DNA of 64,000 nucleotides from a virus, in the IMG/VR virus record IMGVR_UViG_3300024264_000006, positions 32,001 through 96,000 of that record, one strand, 5' to 3'. Both the position numbers and the translations under genes were made by a program. Positions within the stretch are counted from its first letter, which is position 1. Every line of letters starts with the position of its first letter. Shown here one piece after another: positions 44,774-54,359 of this stretch. The notes under the pieces were generated by a model that worked only from the letters and a program-made list of their open reading frames with translations, ran no database searches and was not told the DNA's origin.

Positions 44774-45505
44774 TTACCTCTTCTTCATCATTTTGTAGGC
44801 GATAGAGGCAAGAGCGGGGACAGTCATTCCGTCCATTCGCTTCTTGTTCTGATCATTGACTTTATCGTAGATTTGAGTAATTGCGGATGCTGTAAACATA
44901 TCTACCATAACACCATTGACCTTCTTGGCCTGTTGATTCTTTACTATATCACGTAGTTGATCCATATGTCCAGCCTTTTTTTCAGTAATTCCATCACAGT
45001 TCTCTGCTTGTTCTTCAATTTCAGTAGATTCAAACATTTTAGCAAGTTGCTTCGCATTAACTGTTTTGAATGAACCGAACTCATCAGTAACCCTAAATGA
45101 TAACTTACTACCATCAACTTTCATATCGACGGTGTGTACTTTACCCTTCTTATCTCTAAGACCTTTTTTAATCTTAGGGGGTCTTGCAGCCTCACTGACT
45201 TCTGCTTGTTCTTGCATCAAGCGTCCATTCTTGAACATTCCATGTTTCTTAAGAATTGTCAAAACACCATCACGGGGATCGGTGTCCATATTAGAAACAT
45301 GTTTCTTCAATCCCATGAATGCCTTGTTCTGAACCATAGTAGATGAGTTTTTACCAATCTCTCTTACGTATGCGGCCGCCTTTTCGAAATCTCTCTTGTC
45401 GATACCACCAGACTTCTTTGCGTAGTCAGATAGTGCCTTGGATGTCTTGAAGAAATCAATTGATTCATTGACTTTTATTTTTTTACGCAGTTCTTTTAAA
45501 TACAT
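44774..45505 (-). CDS. putative modular internal head protein
   Basis: Modules separated by xxE sites; VDMFTASAI.Q.YDKVN. Confidence 0.55.
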   Translation of the reverse strand: MYLKELRKKIKVNESIDFFKTSKALSDYAKKSGGIDKRDFEKAAAYVREIGKNSSTMVQNKAFMGLKKHVSNMDTDPRDGVLTILKKHGMFKNGRLMQEQAEVSEAARPPKIKKGLRDKKGKVHTVDMKVDGSKLSFRVTDEFGSFKTVNAKQLAKMFESTEIEEQAENCDGITEKKAGHMDQLRDIVKNQQAKKVNGVMVDMFTASAITQIYDKVNDQNKKRMDGMTVPALASIAYKMMKKR

Positions 45506-45753
45506 TATGCTAAATCCTTATCGTGGTTGAGACCACCTTTTTTCTTTTTTACTATGAAGGCGTTGACACGTGCATATCCCCATTGTTGAGGGGTAGTGCC
45601 TGGCCTATGACCAGTCTTCCAAGCTGCAACACCACGATTATAAACCTTTCTTAAAGTAGCTACGGAGATACCAGATTTCTTTGCTTTCGCAGCAAGTCCG
45701 TCTGGGCCTTCTCCCAAGTCACCTAAACTGTCCCAAAGAGAGTATCGTTTCAT
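45505..45753 (-). CDS. small basic protein (recalled as DUF5824-like)
   Basis: SGIS..TLRKVYNRGVAAWKTGHRPG..PQQWGYARVN.F. Confidence 0.6.
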   Translation of the reverse strand: MKRYSLWDSLGDLGEGPDGLAAKAKKSGISVATLRKVYNRGVAAWKTGHRPGTTPQQWGYARVNAFIVKKKKGGLNHDKDLA

Positions 45754-47243
45754 TCCGTCTCCCGATTTTTAACTTTAGCACGAGCGAGTCTTGCTCGATC
45801 TAGAACTCTATCGTGTCTTTTTTTGTCTTGTTCTTTTTCTCTGTTGATATCATTACGAGCGGATTTTACTGGATCGGTCTCTTCATATGCCTCACCACGT
45901 ACCGCACCACCCAATGCTTTGATATCCAACTTCAAACCGTGTTTACGGATAAGTTGTTGTGCGTAGTACTCAGGGCCATGTCTACCCTTGTCCGCTTTCA
46001 TTTGTTTGCGGATATGTTTCGCAACTTGTTGGTACTGTTTTTTCTTAACTGTTTTTGATGCCCAACGGGATATCATCTGAGGTGTGGTCTCTGCCTTGAG
46101 ACACATCTCAAAAGTAATTTCAAGTTCTTCAGGTACGCAATCAGGAACCATCTTGTTCCCTTTCTTCTTCATACCGACTTCTTTGTACCCATCCCAACAG
46201 TCTTCGTCATACATATCTTTGAATGCTTTGGTGTACTTGGACGGTTTGGTCTTTGCGGTCTTGTCGCCAGGCGCAGGCTTATATGCAGATGCGTCATCAT
46301 CATCCTTCTTGCCATGCTTCTTAAAATGTGCGTCTCGTTTTGACTTGGTAGACTTCTTTAGTCCGGCGTGATATTTTGCGGGTTGTGTACCTTCTCTATC
46401 TTTGATATCGGGGTCTTGTCGTTCAATGAGTTCGACTGACTCCAACCATTTGCGTAGTCGAGTGCCGTTCTTGCGTTCAACGATAACGTAATTTGATCCG
46501 AGTACACTGACCGTAGCCACTTCTTCGCTTTCTTTAATAACAACAGAATCTCCAATTTCATAGAGTTTACCCTGTACATATTTTTCTCTTGTTTCTGAAA
46601 CAGGCGTTAGTTCAATATGATTCTTGAATGAGTGCTCTTCCTTGAGCCCCATCCCTTTACGGACATCATTGAACAACTTCCTTGCATCTCTGTCCGACAT
46701 AGACTTAGGCACACCCTGTGCAAAAGTCACGAAGTCATTGTTCTGTGCGTTTGCACGTTGCTTAGATGCGGACATACCTTCCACACCTTCAGCATCCGGA
46801 TCACGTTTACCAGCGGATACTACACGAATAGTTTCGAAGTTATAAAACCCGTGACGAGCTTTCTTACCATTGTACTTAGACAACAGGACATCAAACTCAC
46901 GTACACGGTCATCCCCGACAACCATTGTTACTTTTTTATACCCTTGGTCATACAACCGTGAGGCGACATCAAATACATTCTTGACGTTCTTGTCGATCAT
47001 CACACTACGTGCATGTTTTGGAAACATCTTACGCACATGTTTAACCTTGTCTGAATATGACAAAGGGTCTTTCTTGGGGTTTGATACTTGGGACAAATAG
47101 ACTTTGTAGTCTGCGCCACCAGATTTGGAGGCAAGTGTGTCCATTACTTTACCGTGGCCGATAGTAGGTGGGTTCATTCTACCAAAGGTAAAATAAACTT
47201 CCCTTTCTTCTTCGACTAGGTACTGTGAAAAATTCTTAATCAT
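45750..47243 (-). CDS. HIGH-motif nucleotidyltransferase (T4-like cytidyltransferase) with C-terminal modules
   Basis: FGRMNPPTIGH, K.PL, VVG.DR, GMSASK.R; N-terminus MIKNFSQYLVEE. Confidence 0.8.
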   Translation of the reverse strand: MIKNFSQYLVEEEREVYFTFGRMNPPTIGHGKVMDTLASKSGGADYKVYLSQVSNPKKDPLSYSDKVKHVRKMFPKHARSVMIDKNVKNVFDVASRLYDQGYKKVTMVVGDDRVREFDVLLSKYNGKKARHGFYNFETIRVVSAGKRDPDAEGVEGMSASKQRANAQNNDFVTFAQGVPKSMSDRDARKLFNDVRKGMGLKEEHSFKNHIELTPVSETREKYVQGKLYEIGDSVVIKESEEVATVSVLGSNYVIVERKNGTRLRKWLESVELIERQDPDIKDREGTQPAKYHAGLKKSTKSKRDAHFKKHGKKDDDDASAYKPAPGDKTAKTKPSKYTKAFKDMYDEDCWDGYKEVGMKKKGNKMVPDCVPEELEITFEMCLKAETTPQMISRWASKTVKKKQYQQVAKHIRKQMKADKGRHGPEYYAQQLIRKHGLKLDIKALGGAVRGEAYEETDPVKSARNDINREKEQDKKRHDRVLDRARLARAKVKNRETE

Positions 47244-47664
47244 CTTTGTTCTGTCCGCCACGCTTTCGGTCTTTTTCCATTTTGCGTACTTTAGGTAACA
47301 GTTTACGAGCTACCTTATCAATTTTAGGACGCATCTTATCTAGGCGTTTCTCTATCTCTTGTCTACGAGCAAATGAGAGTTTACCTTTATCCGCACCCTT
47401 AGTCAACTTTTTGAAGAACATAGTACGTGCTTGTTTCTGTGCACGTTTCTTAAGTTTGTCCATATCGGCAAATTTACGTGCAGCTCTTTTACGCCCCATG
47501 GCGATCTTAGCTTTATTCTTCTTGAGTGATCGTGCGAGTTTTCGACGGGCAGCAAAATCTAATGCTTCTTCGGCGTTTTTCTTTGATTTGTATGCAACCT
47601 GATCGTCACCCGATTGAGTGCGATCTGTGGTTGTGAAGTCTTTAAATCCTAATGGCTTTGCCAT
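47236..47664 (-). CDS. highly basic hypothetical protein
   Basis: Lys/Arg-rich; GFKDF near the N-terminus. Confidence 0.6.
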   Translation of the reverse strand: MAKPLGFKDFTTTDRTQSGDDQVAYKSKKNAEEALDFAARRKLARSLKKNKAKIAMGRKRAARKFADMDKLKKRAQKQARTMFFKKLTKGADKGKLSFARRQEIEKRLDKMRPKIDKVARKLLPKVRKMEKDRKRGGQNKDD

Positions 47665-47667
47665 TTC

Positions 47668-48885
47668 TTACCTCTTTGGTTTATCCCATCCTTTCAAAAT
47701 ATCAGGCGAAAAGTTGTTATATGAAAATTCCATACGGTCAACGAGTTTCACTGCGTCACCACCAAGTTTGTCGATTGCTACGTAGCCTTCTTCGCCAGTT
47801 ACCTTGTAACCTTTGTTTGTTTTAACGAACGTATCAATCTTCTTTAAACTATCAAGTTTATTTATAAGTTTCATCTTCGCTAAAACGATCTGTTTTTGCA
47901 ATTCAAACATTTTAACAAGAGATTTTTTATTTGTTAGTGAGAAAAATTTCATGTAGGCGTCGAGTTTATCCTGTTGAGTTTTCTTGCCTCGTGCAGTACT
48001 TCTCTTATCCATCTCTGCCTTGAACTTTTTATTGATCCAATTAATAAGTCCGTTTACGTGCGTAGAAGTGTTACCAATCACCTGGCCAACCCGCACAAAA
48101 GTGTTATTGTATTGTTCTATCAACTTGGCAAGGTCATCGTTACCTTCAAGTTCTCGCAGAGTAGTACCGGATATCTGATTGAACAATTTACCAGCCTTAC
48201 TCAAGTAACCCGTTACTTCCGCAGTTTCTTTCTTATCCATCGTTGCATTTGTCACATCACGTAACATGGCGTCCTGAGACCACACACCAACTGAGTTGCG
48301 GAACTTAGATACATCAACACCATAGGATGCTTTCATAGACTCAAAGTCCGATCCGGTGTAGGTAGTATGCCATACGATACCGATCTTAGATTTTAGAATG
48401 TCCCCAGCCATTGATACGGGAACAGCATATACGATAGTATTAGGATGGAACGTAACATATTTTTCTCCATCGATGGTCTCTTTCTTTAAATCGCCGGGCC
48501 CGTAGAGGAAGTCACCCTGAACAACACCCTTGATGCCTAGAGCAGGAAGTTCTGCAAGTGCAACCTTCATTTTGTCTGCAAGGTCACCACTCATGTCCAC
48601 ATCAATCTCAGCATCGGTCTTATAGATTTTTGGATTCTTTGCAAAGATACCCTTTTTCGCAACAAAAAACTTTCCGTCATTGGGGTCTTGACCACAGAAA
48701 ATTGCAGGCGCACCGTCCCACTTAATGGAGACTCGACCTGTATCCTTTCCGCCTAACATATCACGCAACTCACGTAGAGCGTTTATTGCTTGACGTGTAC
48801 CATCAACACCACCATAGAGAACCTTGTCCTCAATGTGGGTCATGTGGGTGTTTTTATTCTCTGTTATAAACTCTGCGAATTTCAT
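47668..48885 (-). CDS. ligase-like nucleotidyltransferase (recalled as DUF6267)
   Basis: KWDG (motif I), QGDF, EGYV (motif IV), VKLVDR (motif V); N-terminus MKFAEFITE. Confidence 0.6.
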   Translation of the reverse strand: MKFAEFITENKNTHMTHIEDKVLYGGVDGTRQAINALRELRDMLGGKDTGRVSIKWDGAPAIFCGQDPNDGKFFVAKKGIFAKNPKIYKTDAEIDVDMSGDLADKMKVALAELPALGIKGVVQGDFLYGPGDLKKETIDGEKYVTFHPNTIVYAVPVSMAGDILKSKIGIVWHTTYTGSDFESMKASYGVDVSKFRNSVGVWSQDAMLRDVTNATMDKKETAEVTGYLSKAGKLFNQISGTTLRELEGNDDLAKLIEQYNNTFVRVGQVIGNTSTHVNGLINWINKKFKAEMDKRSTARGKKTQQDKLDAYMKFFSLTNKKSLVKMFELQKQIVLAKMKLINKLDSLKKIDTFVKTNKGYKVTGEEGYVAIDKLGGDAVKLVDRMEFSYNNFSPDILKGWDKPKR

Positions 48886-49331
48886 TTTCTCACCATGTTG
48901 AACATAGTTCCACTGCTACTTGTGTCGGTTGAAATCTTATATGCTCTGCCTAAATTCTTTGTTAAAAGTCTCTTGTACAATCTCTCTCTTCCCTGTAATA
49001 ATTTCTTATTACCTTTTTCTTTACCTGCCGCTGCATTCATATACTTGGGTTTTTCTATCTTAACAAATTGATTGACCACCTTAAAAACGGTTGCCATGAT
49101 ACGCAATGCATCACCCTCACCCGTCATTGATTGTTGACCATTACGTTCAAAACTAATCTCCCAATCTATGTGGTCATAGTCATCGATGTGTTCATCACCT
49201 TCGATGTTTATATTTAATTGACCACCATCATCAAGTTTAACTGTAGAACGATACCCCTGTTTCCCGTCCTTCTTTAGAGTGGCTGGATAAGGGTTGTCTA
49301 GTGATTCGGTTAGTTCTTTAAACCTAATCAT
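48882..49331 (-). CDS. putative internal head protein
   Basis: MIRFKELTE; TGEGDALRIMATV...RERLY. Confidence 0.55.
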   Translation of the reverse strand: MIRFKELTESLDNPYPATLKKDGKQGYRSTVKLDDGGQLNINIEGDEHIDDYDHIDWEISFERNGQQSMTGEGDALRIMATVFKVVNQFVKIEKPKYMNAAAGKEKGNKKLLQGRERLYKRLLTKNLGRAYKISTDTSSSGTMFNMVRK

Positions 49332-50428
49332 CAGTTTGCCTTCGTATTCGGTTTGTAATCACACATAATATGTGATGGGTAGAGACCACCCTGTTTGTTA
49401 CGAATATTAAATTTGAATATGTAGAGTGGGGTGACAACTTCTATGTCAATTCTTTTTGCTTCACCTTTCTTAGGATAGAGAATCTTGATCGACTTGATTG
49501 TAGAAGCCTTTCTCATACGTGCTCTAGTCATCTCATAGAACTCTACCTTCTTACCTTTACGGTGTACCATCCAGTATCCCATACCGATACCCGTAATCAG
49601 AAGTCTTTGTAGTGCACGTCTGTTTGCTTGTGTTGGAATGACAACATCTTTTTTACCACGAGTAGCCGCCTTTTTAGGATCGTACTTGGTAAACGTTTCG
49701 ATGAATCTATCATGATCGATGCCGAACATGTTTAATAGTTTCTTAGCATCAGTGTGTGTGATCTTGCCACTATTAAACTGATCGTCGGTAAAGATGGTGC
49801 GGACACCCGCATTGAAAAATGTTACTGTACCACCAAATTTGGCAGACAGATAGTATGTACCCTTGTCGGTAGTAACTGTTACGTCTGTTACTTTGTGACC
49901 AATGTTCAGTTCACGTGAACCGATAACTGCACTAACATCTCCGAACACTAAGGGTCTTTTGGTGTTCGCTGTACCGTCTAGTTTAACTTCGATAAAAGAT
50001 GCATCCTTCAGAAACGCATCGTGCATTTTCTTTATCATATTAGGGAACTTGAAATCCCCATCTAGACCGGCTTCTTTATACTTGATTAGGTCAGTCACAA
50101 TCTGACCTTCGAATGCAAACCCTTGTGAGTTTATTCCACCGCCTCCACGAGAACCATTTCCCGCACTAAGTTTGAAACCATATTCGGAACCAAGGGCCGG
50201 TAGATTTAAATCAACTGCAACGGATCGTGCAATTTTAAGACCTTTCTCTTTAGGATTTTTAGATAATGCAATGGGATCAGCCATACCAGTTTGCTGAGTG
50301 ATATAGGCGTAGAGTGTCTTGAGGTTTTCCCTCTTCTCATCGGATAGATGATCTAGGTCATCTACCTCTGCTTGAGATTTTGGAATTATGTCATATGCTT
50401 CTGACACATACGATCCGAACTTCAACAT
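49331..50428 (-). CDS. PD-(D/E)xK nuclease-like protein with a CTS-like N-terminus
   Basis: G.AFE...TDVTV....YLSAK; MLKFGSYVSE. Confidence 0.5.
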   Translation of the reverse strand: MLKFGSYVSEAYDIIPKSQAEVDDLDHLSDEKRENLKTLYAYITQQTGMADPIALSKNPKEKGLKIARSVAVDLNLPALGSEYGFKLSAGNGSRGGGGINSQGFAFEGQIVTDLIKYKEAGLDGDFKFPNMIKKMHDAFLKDASFIEVKLDGTANTKRPLVFGDVSAVIGSRELNIGHKVTDVTVTTDKGTYYLSAKFGGTVTFFNAGVRTIFTDDQFNSGKITHTDAKKLLNMFGIDHDRFIETFTKYDPKKAATRGKKDVVIPTQANRRALQRLLITGIGMGYWMVHRKGKKVEFYEMTRARMRKASTIKSIKILYPKKGEAKRIDIEVVTPLYIFKFNIRNKQGGLYPSHIMCDYKPNTKAN

Positions 50429-50465
50429 GGCGTTATTCCCATAAGTCTTGGTGATTATACCATAC

Positions 50466-50473
50466 TATTTATA
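50466..50473 (-). promoter_or_regulatory. T4-type late promoter
   Basis: Exact TATAAATA heading the CTS-protein block. Confidence 0.75.
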
Positions 50474-51152
50474 AGAATTGCACGCTTGTATTTTCCTCAT
50501 TGTATTGTGCAATTGTCTCTTTTAATGGTCTTACCCAATTGTCACGGTGTTCGATAAAGACCTGAGGCTCGTGGTTGTCTACCGCAATGATAGTTACCAA
50601 CTGAGTGATAGGAATACCTGTACGTTCTTCCCACATAATTGAGTATGCAGATTCTTGCATGAAGTACTGTTTGATCATAGAAGGAAACTTCTTCTTACGA
50701 GAAGTTTTGAAATCTATGATGCTGAGGGCGCCATCAAACTCAGCAACGCAATCCACCCGACCAGCCACACCAAGGTGATTGGAATAGAGTGGAGCCTCTT
50801 GTGCAAATACTGTCCCAATACGATTGTCGAGGATATCACGAACATCATTAAGAGACTGAATAATATCAGGTGTGTATCCATCTTTATAATCCTCTTTGTT
50901 ATCAATGTACTTTTCGATAATCTCATGAACCTTCGTACCACGAGTTGAAGCAACACGAGATATTCGGTTTGCTTCTTCATCACCAACACGTCTACGCCAA
51001 GCGGCAATACCGTCTCGACTTAGGATTGACAGACATGTAGTGATTGAAGGTAGATCAACGCCTTCTGGGGTATGGTACTTACGACCTTCCTCAGTAGTCA
51101 CTGCTTCCATCTCTGTTAGTTCCACCTGTTTGTGGTCAAATATCTTTCTCAT
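50469..51152 (-). CDS. RecB/Cas4-like PD-(D/E)xK exonuclease
   Basis: PSITT.L, RGT.VH, AGRVDC, IIDFKTS, Y..Q..AY. Confidence 0.85.
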   Translation of the reverse strand: MRKIFDHKQVELTEMEAVTTEEGRKYHTPEGVDLPSITTCLSILSRDGIAAWRRRVGDEEANRISRVASTRGTKVHEIIEKYIDNKEDYKDGYTPDIIQSLNDVRDILDNRIGTVFAQEAPLYSNHLGVAGRVDCVAEFDGALSIIDFKTSRKKKFPSMIKQYFMQESAYSIMWEERTGIPITQLVTIIAVDNHEPQVFIEHRDNWVRPLKETIAQYNEENTSVQFL

Positions 51153-51418
51153 AAAAATTCCCGTATGAATGCGCTTCCCAATAACAAAGTCATTGACGCA
51201 TTTAAAACAATCAATGCACGATCATTCCATATGATCGATACCCATAACCATAGTATTGTACCAATAGTACCTATGGACAAATCAAAAGCACGCCACTCTG
51301 GGCCTGCATTACGAAATACAACAGACGTTAGAATTGCAACAGTAGCCGCCCACTTCAAATACCAATCGAAGTTATCTGGATACCAATTCCTATCGGGTGT
51401 ATGTTTCGTAAGTTTCAT
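51149..51418 (-). CDS. small three-TM membrane protein
   Basis: WYLKW.AT...WND.ALIVLN. Confidence 0.65.
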   Translation of the reverse strand: MKLTKHTPDRNWYPDNFDWYLKWAATVAILTSVVFRNAGPEWRAFDLSIGTIGTILWLWVSIIWNDRALIVLNASMTLLLGSAFIREFL

Positions 51419-51702
51419 AAATCTAATTCTAGTTGATAACTGTTATCAATCATCTCATTCAGTTTGCGGTCAGCGTACTCAGCCGCATCTTCCAATGCTT
51501 GAACAAAACGTTGTGCGTCTACCGCTGTCCGTGATGTAATTATACCACCAAGTAGGGTATGTGCGTAAAGCTCTTTATCAATTAAAGTTTCATATGACTC
51601 TTCGATTTCGACAACAGCATCACCTGCTGTTCCAAAGAACACCGTAGTCTGAACTCCATTAGCAGTCAACCATGAACCAGCGTCTATTGTTATATCAGCC
51701 AT
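51415..51702 (-). CDS. hypothetical protein
   Basis: Coupled ORF. Confidence 0.55.
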   Translation of the reverse strand: MADITIDAGSWLTANGVQTTVFFGTAGDAVVEIEESYETLIDKELYAHTLLGGIITSRTAVDAQRFVQALEDAAEYADRKLNEMIDNSYQLELDL

Positions 51703-52330
51703 TTCTTAAATTCTCCATTCTTGCCTTGGAGGCTTTCCACTGTTCAAACCCCATAGGTTTACGAGCTTCTCCGAAAGCGAGTTTACGTTGTTTGAATTCC
51801 GCCTTCAACACCTTCTTACAATCGGAACCTAAAAATGTACCAACCATTTGAAGTAGAGTTTTACGGAACGACCTTCCGTGGTGCATATACCCAAGACAAT
51901 GAGTTAACTCATGAATCAAAGTGTATGCATCAAATCCACAGTAACTATCTAGGGTGACGGTATATCCGTTAGTGTGACCAGCAGTACCACGTCCGGATGA
52001 ACGTGCCTTTTGAATCACCTTCGGAGTCGAAGCAAAGATGCGAGTCACATCCCCGTCGATAGATTGAGACCAGAGTTTCTGCCAAGTCTTAGACTTGTAA
52101 ATCTTCTTGGCGAACTTCTCCGCCTCTTTGATATCCTTGAATTGAGGAATCGGTTTGAAGGCAGTACCCGACTGCCTTTGCATGGCCCATTCCGCTTCGT
52201 AACACTTTGAACGTTCAGAGTCCTTAGTCCCGAAAGAACCTTTGTTCTGAGAAACCTTCTGTTTCTTCAGGTAAGCTTTGTAACCGGACACAAACTCATC
52301 ATTGAACTTTTCGACTTGAGCACTAGGCAT
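51695..52330 (-). CDS. HExxH metalloprotease-like protein
   Basis: LIHELTHC...HHGRSF. Confidence 0.65.
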   Translation of the reverse strand: MPSAQVEKFNDEFVSGYKAYLKKQKVSQNKGSFGTKDSERSKCYEAEWAMQRQSGTAFKPIPQFKDIKEAEKFAKKIYKSKTWQKLWSQSIDGDVTRIFASTPKVIQKARSSGRGTAGHTNGYTVTLDSYCGFDAYTLIHELTHCLGYMHHGRSFRKTLLQMVGTFLGSDCKKVLKAEFKQRKLAFGEARKPMGFEQWKASKARMENLRNG

Positions 52331-52571
52331 TCTTCAGAATCTCCTCAATGTATTCGTATCTGACCCTCTCTCTATCGATAGAGTCTCCACCACCCCAAGT
52401 GTAGTTGTTGACTTCGACCTTCTTGAGGTATTCAAAGATTGCCTTCTCGACAATGGCGACAGTCAAACCTTCGGTAGGATAGATGCCGTCATAGGCGTAG
52501 AAAGACAAAATATAATTCCTAAACTCGACAAATGTAGGATTGTTTCTCAATGCGATGCAATTAGTAATCAT
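52323..52571 (-). CDS. hypothetical protein
   Basis: GGGDSIDRERVR motif. Confidence 0.6.
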   Translation of the reverse strand: MITNCIALRNNPTFVEFRNYILSFYAYDGIYPTEGLTVAIVEKAIFEYLKKVEVNNYTWGGGDSIDRERVRYEYIEEILKNA

Positions 52572-52579
52572 AACCACTC

Positions 52580-52879
52580 CTATCTCAAGTACAGTGGGCC
52601 AGTCCACTCAACAACATAATCTTCGAACAAGTTCCCTCTAGGGGCGTTAAGAGCGGGAGCATTCCAGCTTGCAGCCTTAAGAATGTCACCTTTCTTGAAC
52701 TTAGGATTCGCAAGGTTGATAAAACCCCATGCGCTACCACCACTCAAGATTTTGATGTACTTCTTACCGATCTTGTAGTCAAGACCTTCAGCGTACCTTT
52801 CTTCCATTTCGGGTCTAAACCCCATTCTTTTGTAATCGGCGATGCACGCTTCAAACAACTTTTTGATTTCGTTTTCCAT
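52580..52879 (-). CDS. hypothetical protein
   Basis: GKKYIKI...GDILKAASW.APA.N..RGN...WTGP.YLR. Confidence 0.7.
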   Translation of the reverse strand: MENEIKKLFEACIADYKRMGFRPEMEERYAEGLDYKIGKKYIKILSGGSAWGFINLANPKFKKGDILKAASWNAPALNAPRGNLFEDYVVEWTGPLYLR

Positions 52880-52909
52880 AATTTACCTCTCTCATCAATT
52901 TACTGTACC

Positions 52910-52938
52910 AGTATAACCTATTCTTGTTATAATGGCAA
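52910..52938 (-). promoter_or_regulatory. sigma70-like early promoter
   Basis: AAAAACGC-TTGCCA-N17-TATACT; ATGAGAGAGGT leader. Confidence 0.75.
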
Positions 52939-52956
52939 GCGTTTTTTCAAACTTTT

Positions 52957-53133
52957 TTAACAAAAACAATACTGAGGAACCTTAAATTCTTCCTCAAACA
53001 TACCAATTTCATCGAAACCGTACAGGACATAACCGTCCATAGGGTCACCACCTTTCTCGTAAACCACTAAGTCCGCACCAGCTCGGGGACGTTCAGGGAT
53101 CACACCATTTATGTCAAAGTCAACGTGTTTCAT
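52957..53133 (-). CDS. small hypothetical protein (58 aa, not in ORF track)
   Basis: MKHVDFDINGVIPERPRAGADLVVYEKGG...; AGGA RBS, own promoter. Confidence 0.55.
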   Translation of the reverse strand: MKHVDFDINGVIPERPRAGADLVVYEKGGDPMDGYVLYGFDEIGMFEEEFKVPQYCFC

Positions 53134-53164
53134 ATCAATTCCTTTCTCTCATTTCTCAGACTAT

Positions 53165-53238
53165 ATTATAACACAGCCACAGCCCGTTACAAGCGGTTTT
53201 TGAAAAAAAGATGAGTTTTTTTAGAATATTTTGTTATA
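53165..53238 (-). promoter_or_regulatory. early promoter with upstream motif
   Basis: cgcTTGTAA-N16-TATAAT; TATAACAAAATATTCTAA upstream. Confidence 0.6.
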
Positions 53239-53258
53239 AGGATATAACTGGAACGTCT

Positions 53259-53282
53259 AAACTTCGCCCCGTGAGGCGAAGC
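53259..53282 (-). terminator. hairpin, probable terminator after the DUF932 gene
   Basis: CTTCGCC-N6-GGCGAAG followed by a short TTT. Confidence 0.55.
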
Positions 53283-53297
53283 AAGACTGTTTGTTCC

Positions 53298-54254
53298 TTA
53301 CGCTGCAGTCGCAAATTCTACTGCCTTGTTGACAGCTTTTTCTTTACGAGTTTGGTTAGAACCGAACCAAGCAGAAGCTAAACGGGTATCCGCAGAACGT
53401 CCCATCTTGTGATCGGTCAAGTAGGTAACACTGTTAAGTGCTTGCCACCATGTACCTTCACCGAACTGAGCGCCGGGTTGTGTCTCAAGGAATGAGTACG
53501 CAGCCTGACCGTTAGTGGTGAGGTCTTTGAAGTCCTGAACGGTTACTTCTTTTTTACCTTGGTAGGTACGTGGGAAGACTTCGTTGTAGTAGTTGATCAA
53601 AGATTCAACGGTGAACTTCTTAGTTGAGAGGAATTCAGCCATCTCTTTGTACTTCGCAAACTTCTCGTGTGCGATGCCAAGGGCTTCTTTTACCTTCTCA
53701 GGGTTGAACTCTGAACGGTGGTTCAACTTGCAAGAGTTTGCAACTTGTTGTCCCAACGATAGTGTCAGAGTATTGTTACACACAACACGAATCGGAGTGA
53801 ATCGAACATCGATTGACTTACCATACATGTGTGGGTTTGAGAACAACAAGTATGAATCAACTTGGTCACCACCAAGGATGTCAAAAGACTCCTTGATCTT
53901 CGCAAGTGCCCAGACCATCTGTCCACCTTTTAAAGAACCAGCGGTGTGCATTTCCATGTCACCAGCAGCGCAATACTCTGAGAAGAACTCAAACGCATCT
54001 GCGTTCTGAACAGGGTTCCAGTTTGCACCAACTTGAGTCAGAACCTTGTTATCCGAGGATCGGACAAGGGCTTCTACACCTGTTGGAATTTCTTGATCAC
54101 CTACTCGTGCGTAGGTAGGGATTTTCTCGACAGACCAGTCGAGTCCCGCTTTCTCCATCATTTGTTGTGGATGCAGATCATTTGAGACAGCAACACCCAG
54201 ACCATGCCAAGGGACAGCTCCGGCGTATGCCATTGTTTCTACTTCATGACTCAT
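53298..54254 (-). CDS. DUF932-family protein
   Basis: PWHGLG, AGLDW.V, PVQN..AF.FF, TPIRVVCNNTL, GT.W..LN.VT. Confidence 0.85.
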   Translation of the reverse strand: MSHEVETMAYAGAVPWHGLGVAVSNDLHPQQMMEKAGLDWSVEKIPTYARVGDQEIPTGVEALVRSSDNKVLTQVGANWNPVQNADAFEFFSEYCAAGDMEMHTAGSLKGGQMVWALAKIKESFDILGGDQVDSYLLFSNPHMYGKSIDVRFTPIRVVCNNTLTLSLGQQVANSCKLNHRSEFNPEKVKEALGIAHEKFAKYKEMAEFLSTKKFTVESLINYYNEVFPRTYQGKKEVTVQDFKDLTTNGQAAYSFLETQPGAQFGEGTWWQALNSVTYLTDHKMGRSADTRLASAWFGSNQTRKEKAVNKAVEFATAA

Positions 54255-54311
54255 AATATATTTCTCCGTAAGTTAAGGCGTTTGGGGAACCTCTCCCCAG
54301 ACAACATACGT

Positions 54312-54341
54312 ATTATCTCATAATAAGAACAAGTTTGTCAA
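54312..54341 (-). promoter_or_regulatory. sigma70-like early promoter
   Basis: AAAACGC-TTGACA-N18-GATAAT. Confidence 0.65.
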
Positions 54342-54359
54342 GCGTTTTCTTCAATTAAT

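Noticed and set aside
50469-51152. Cas4 or CRISPR system
   Set aside because: Stand-alone RecB-like phage exonuclease without the Cas4 cysteine cluster; no repeat-spacer array seen in the window.
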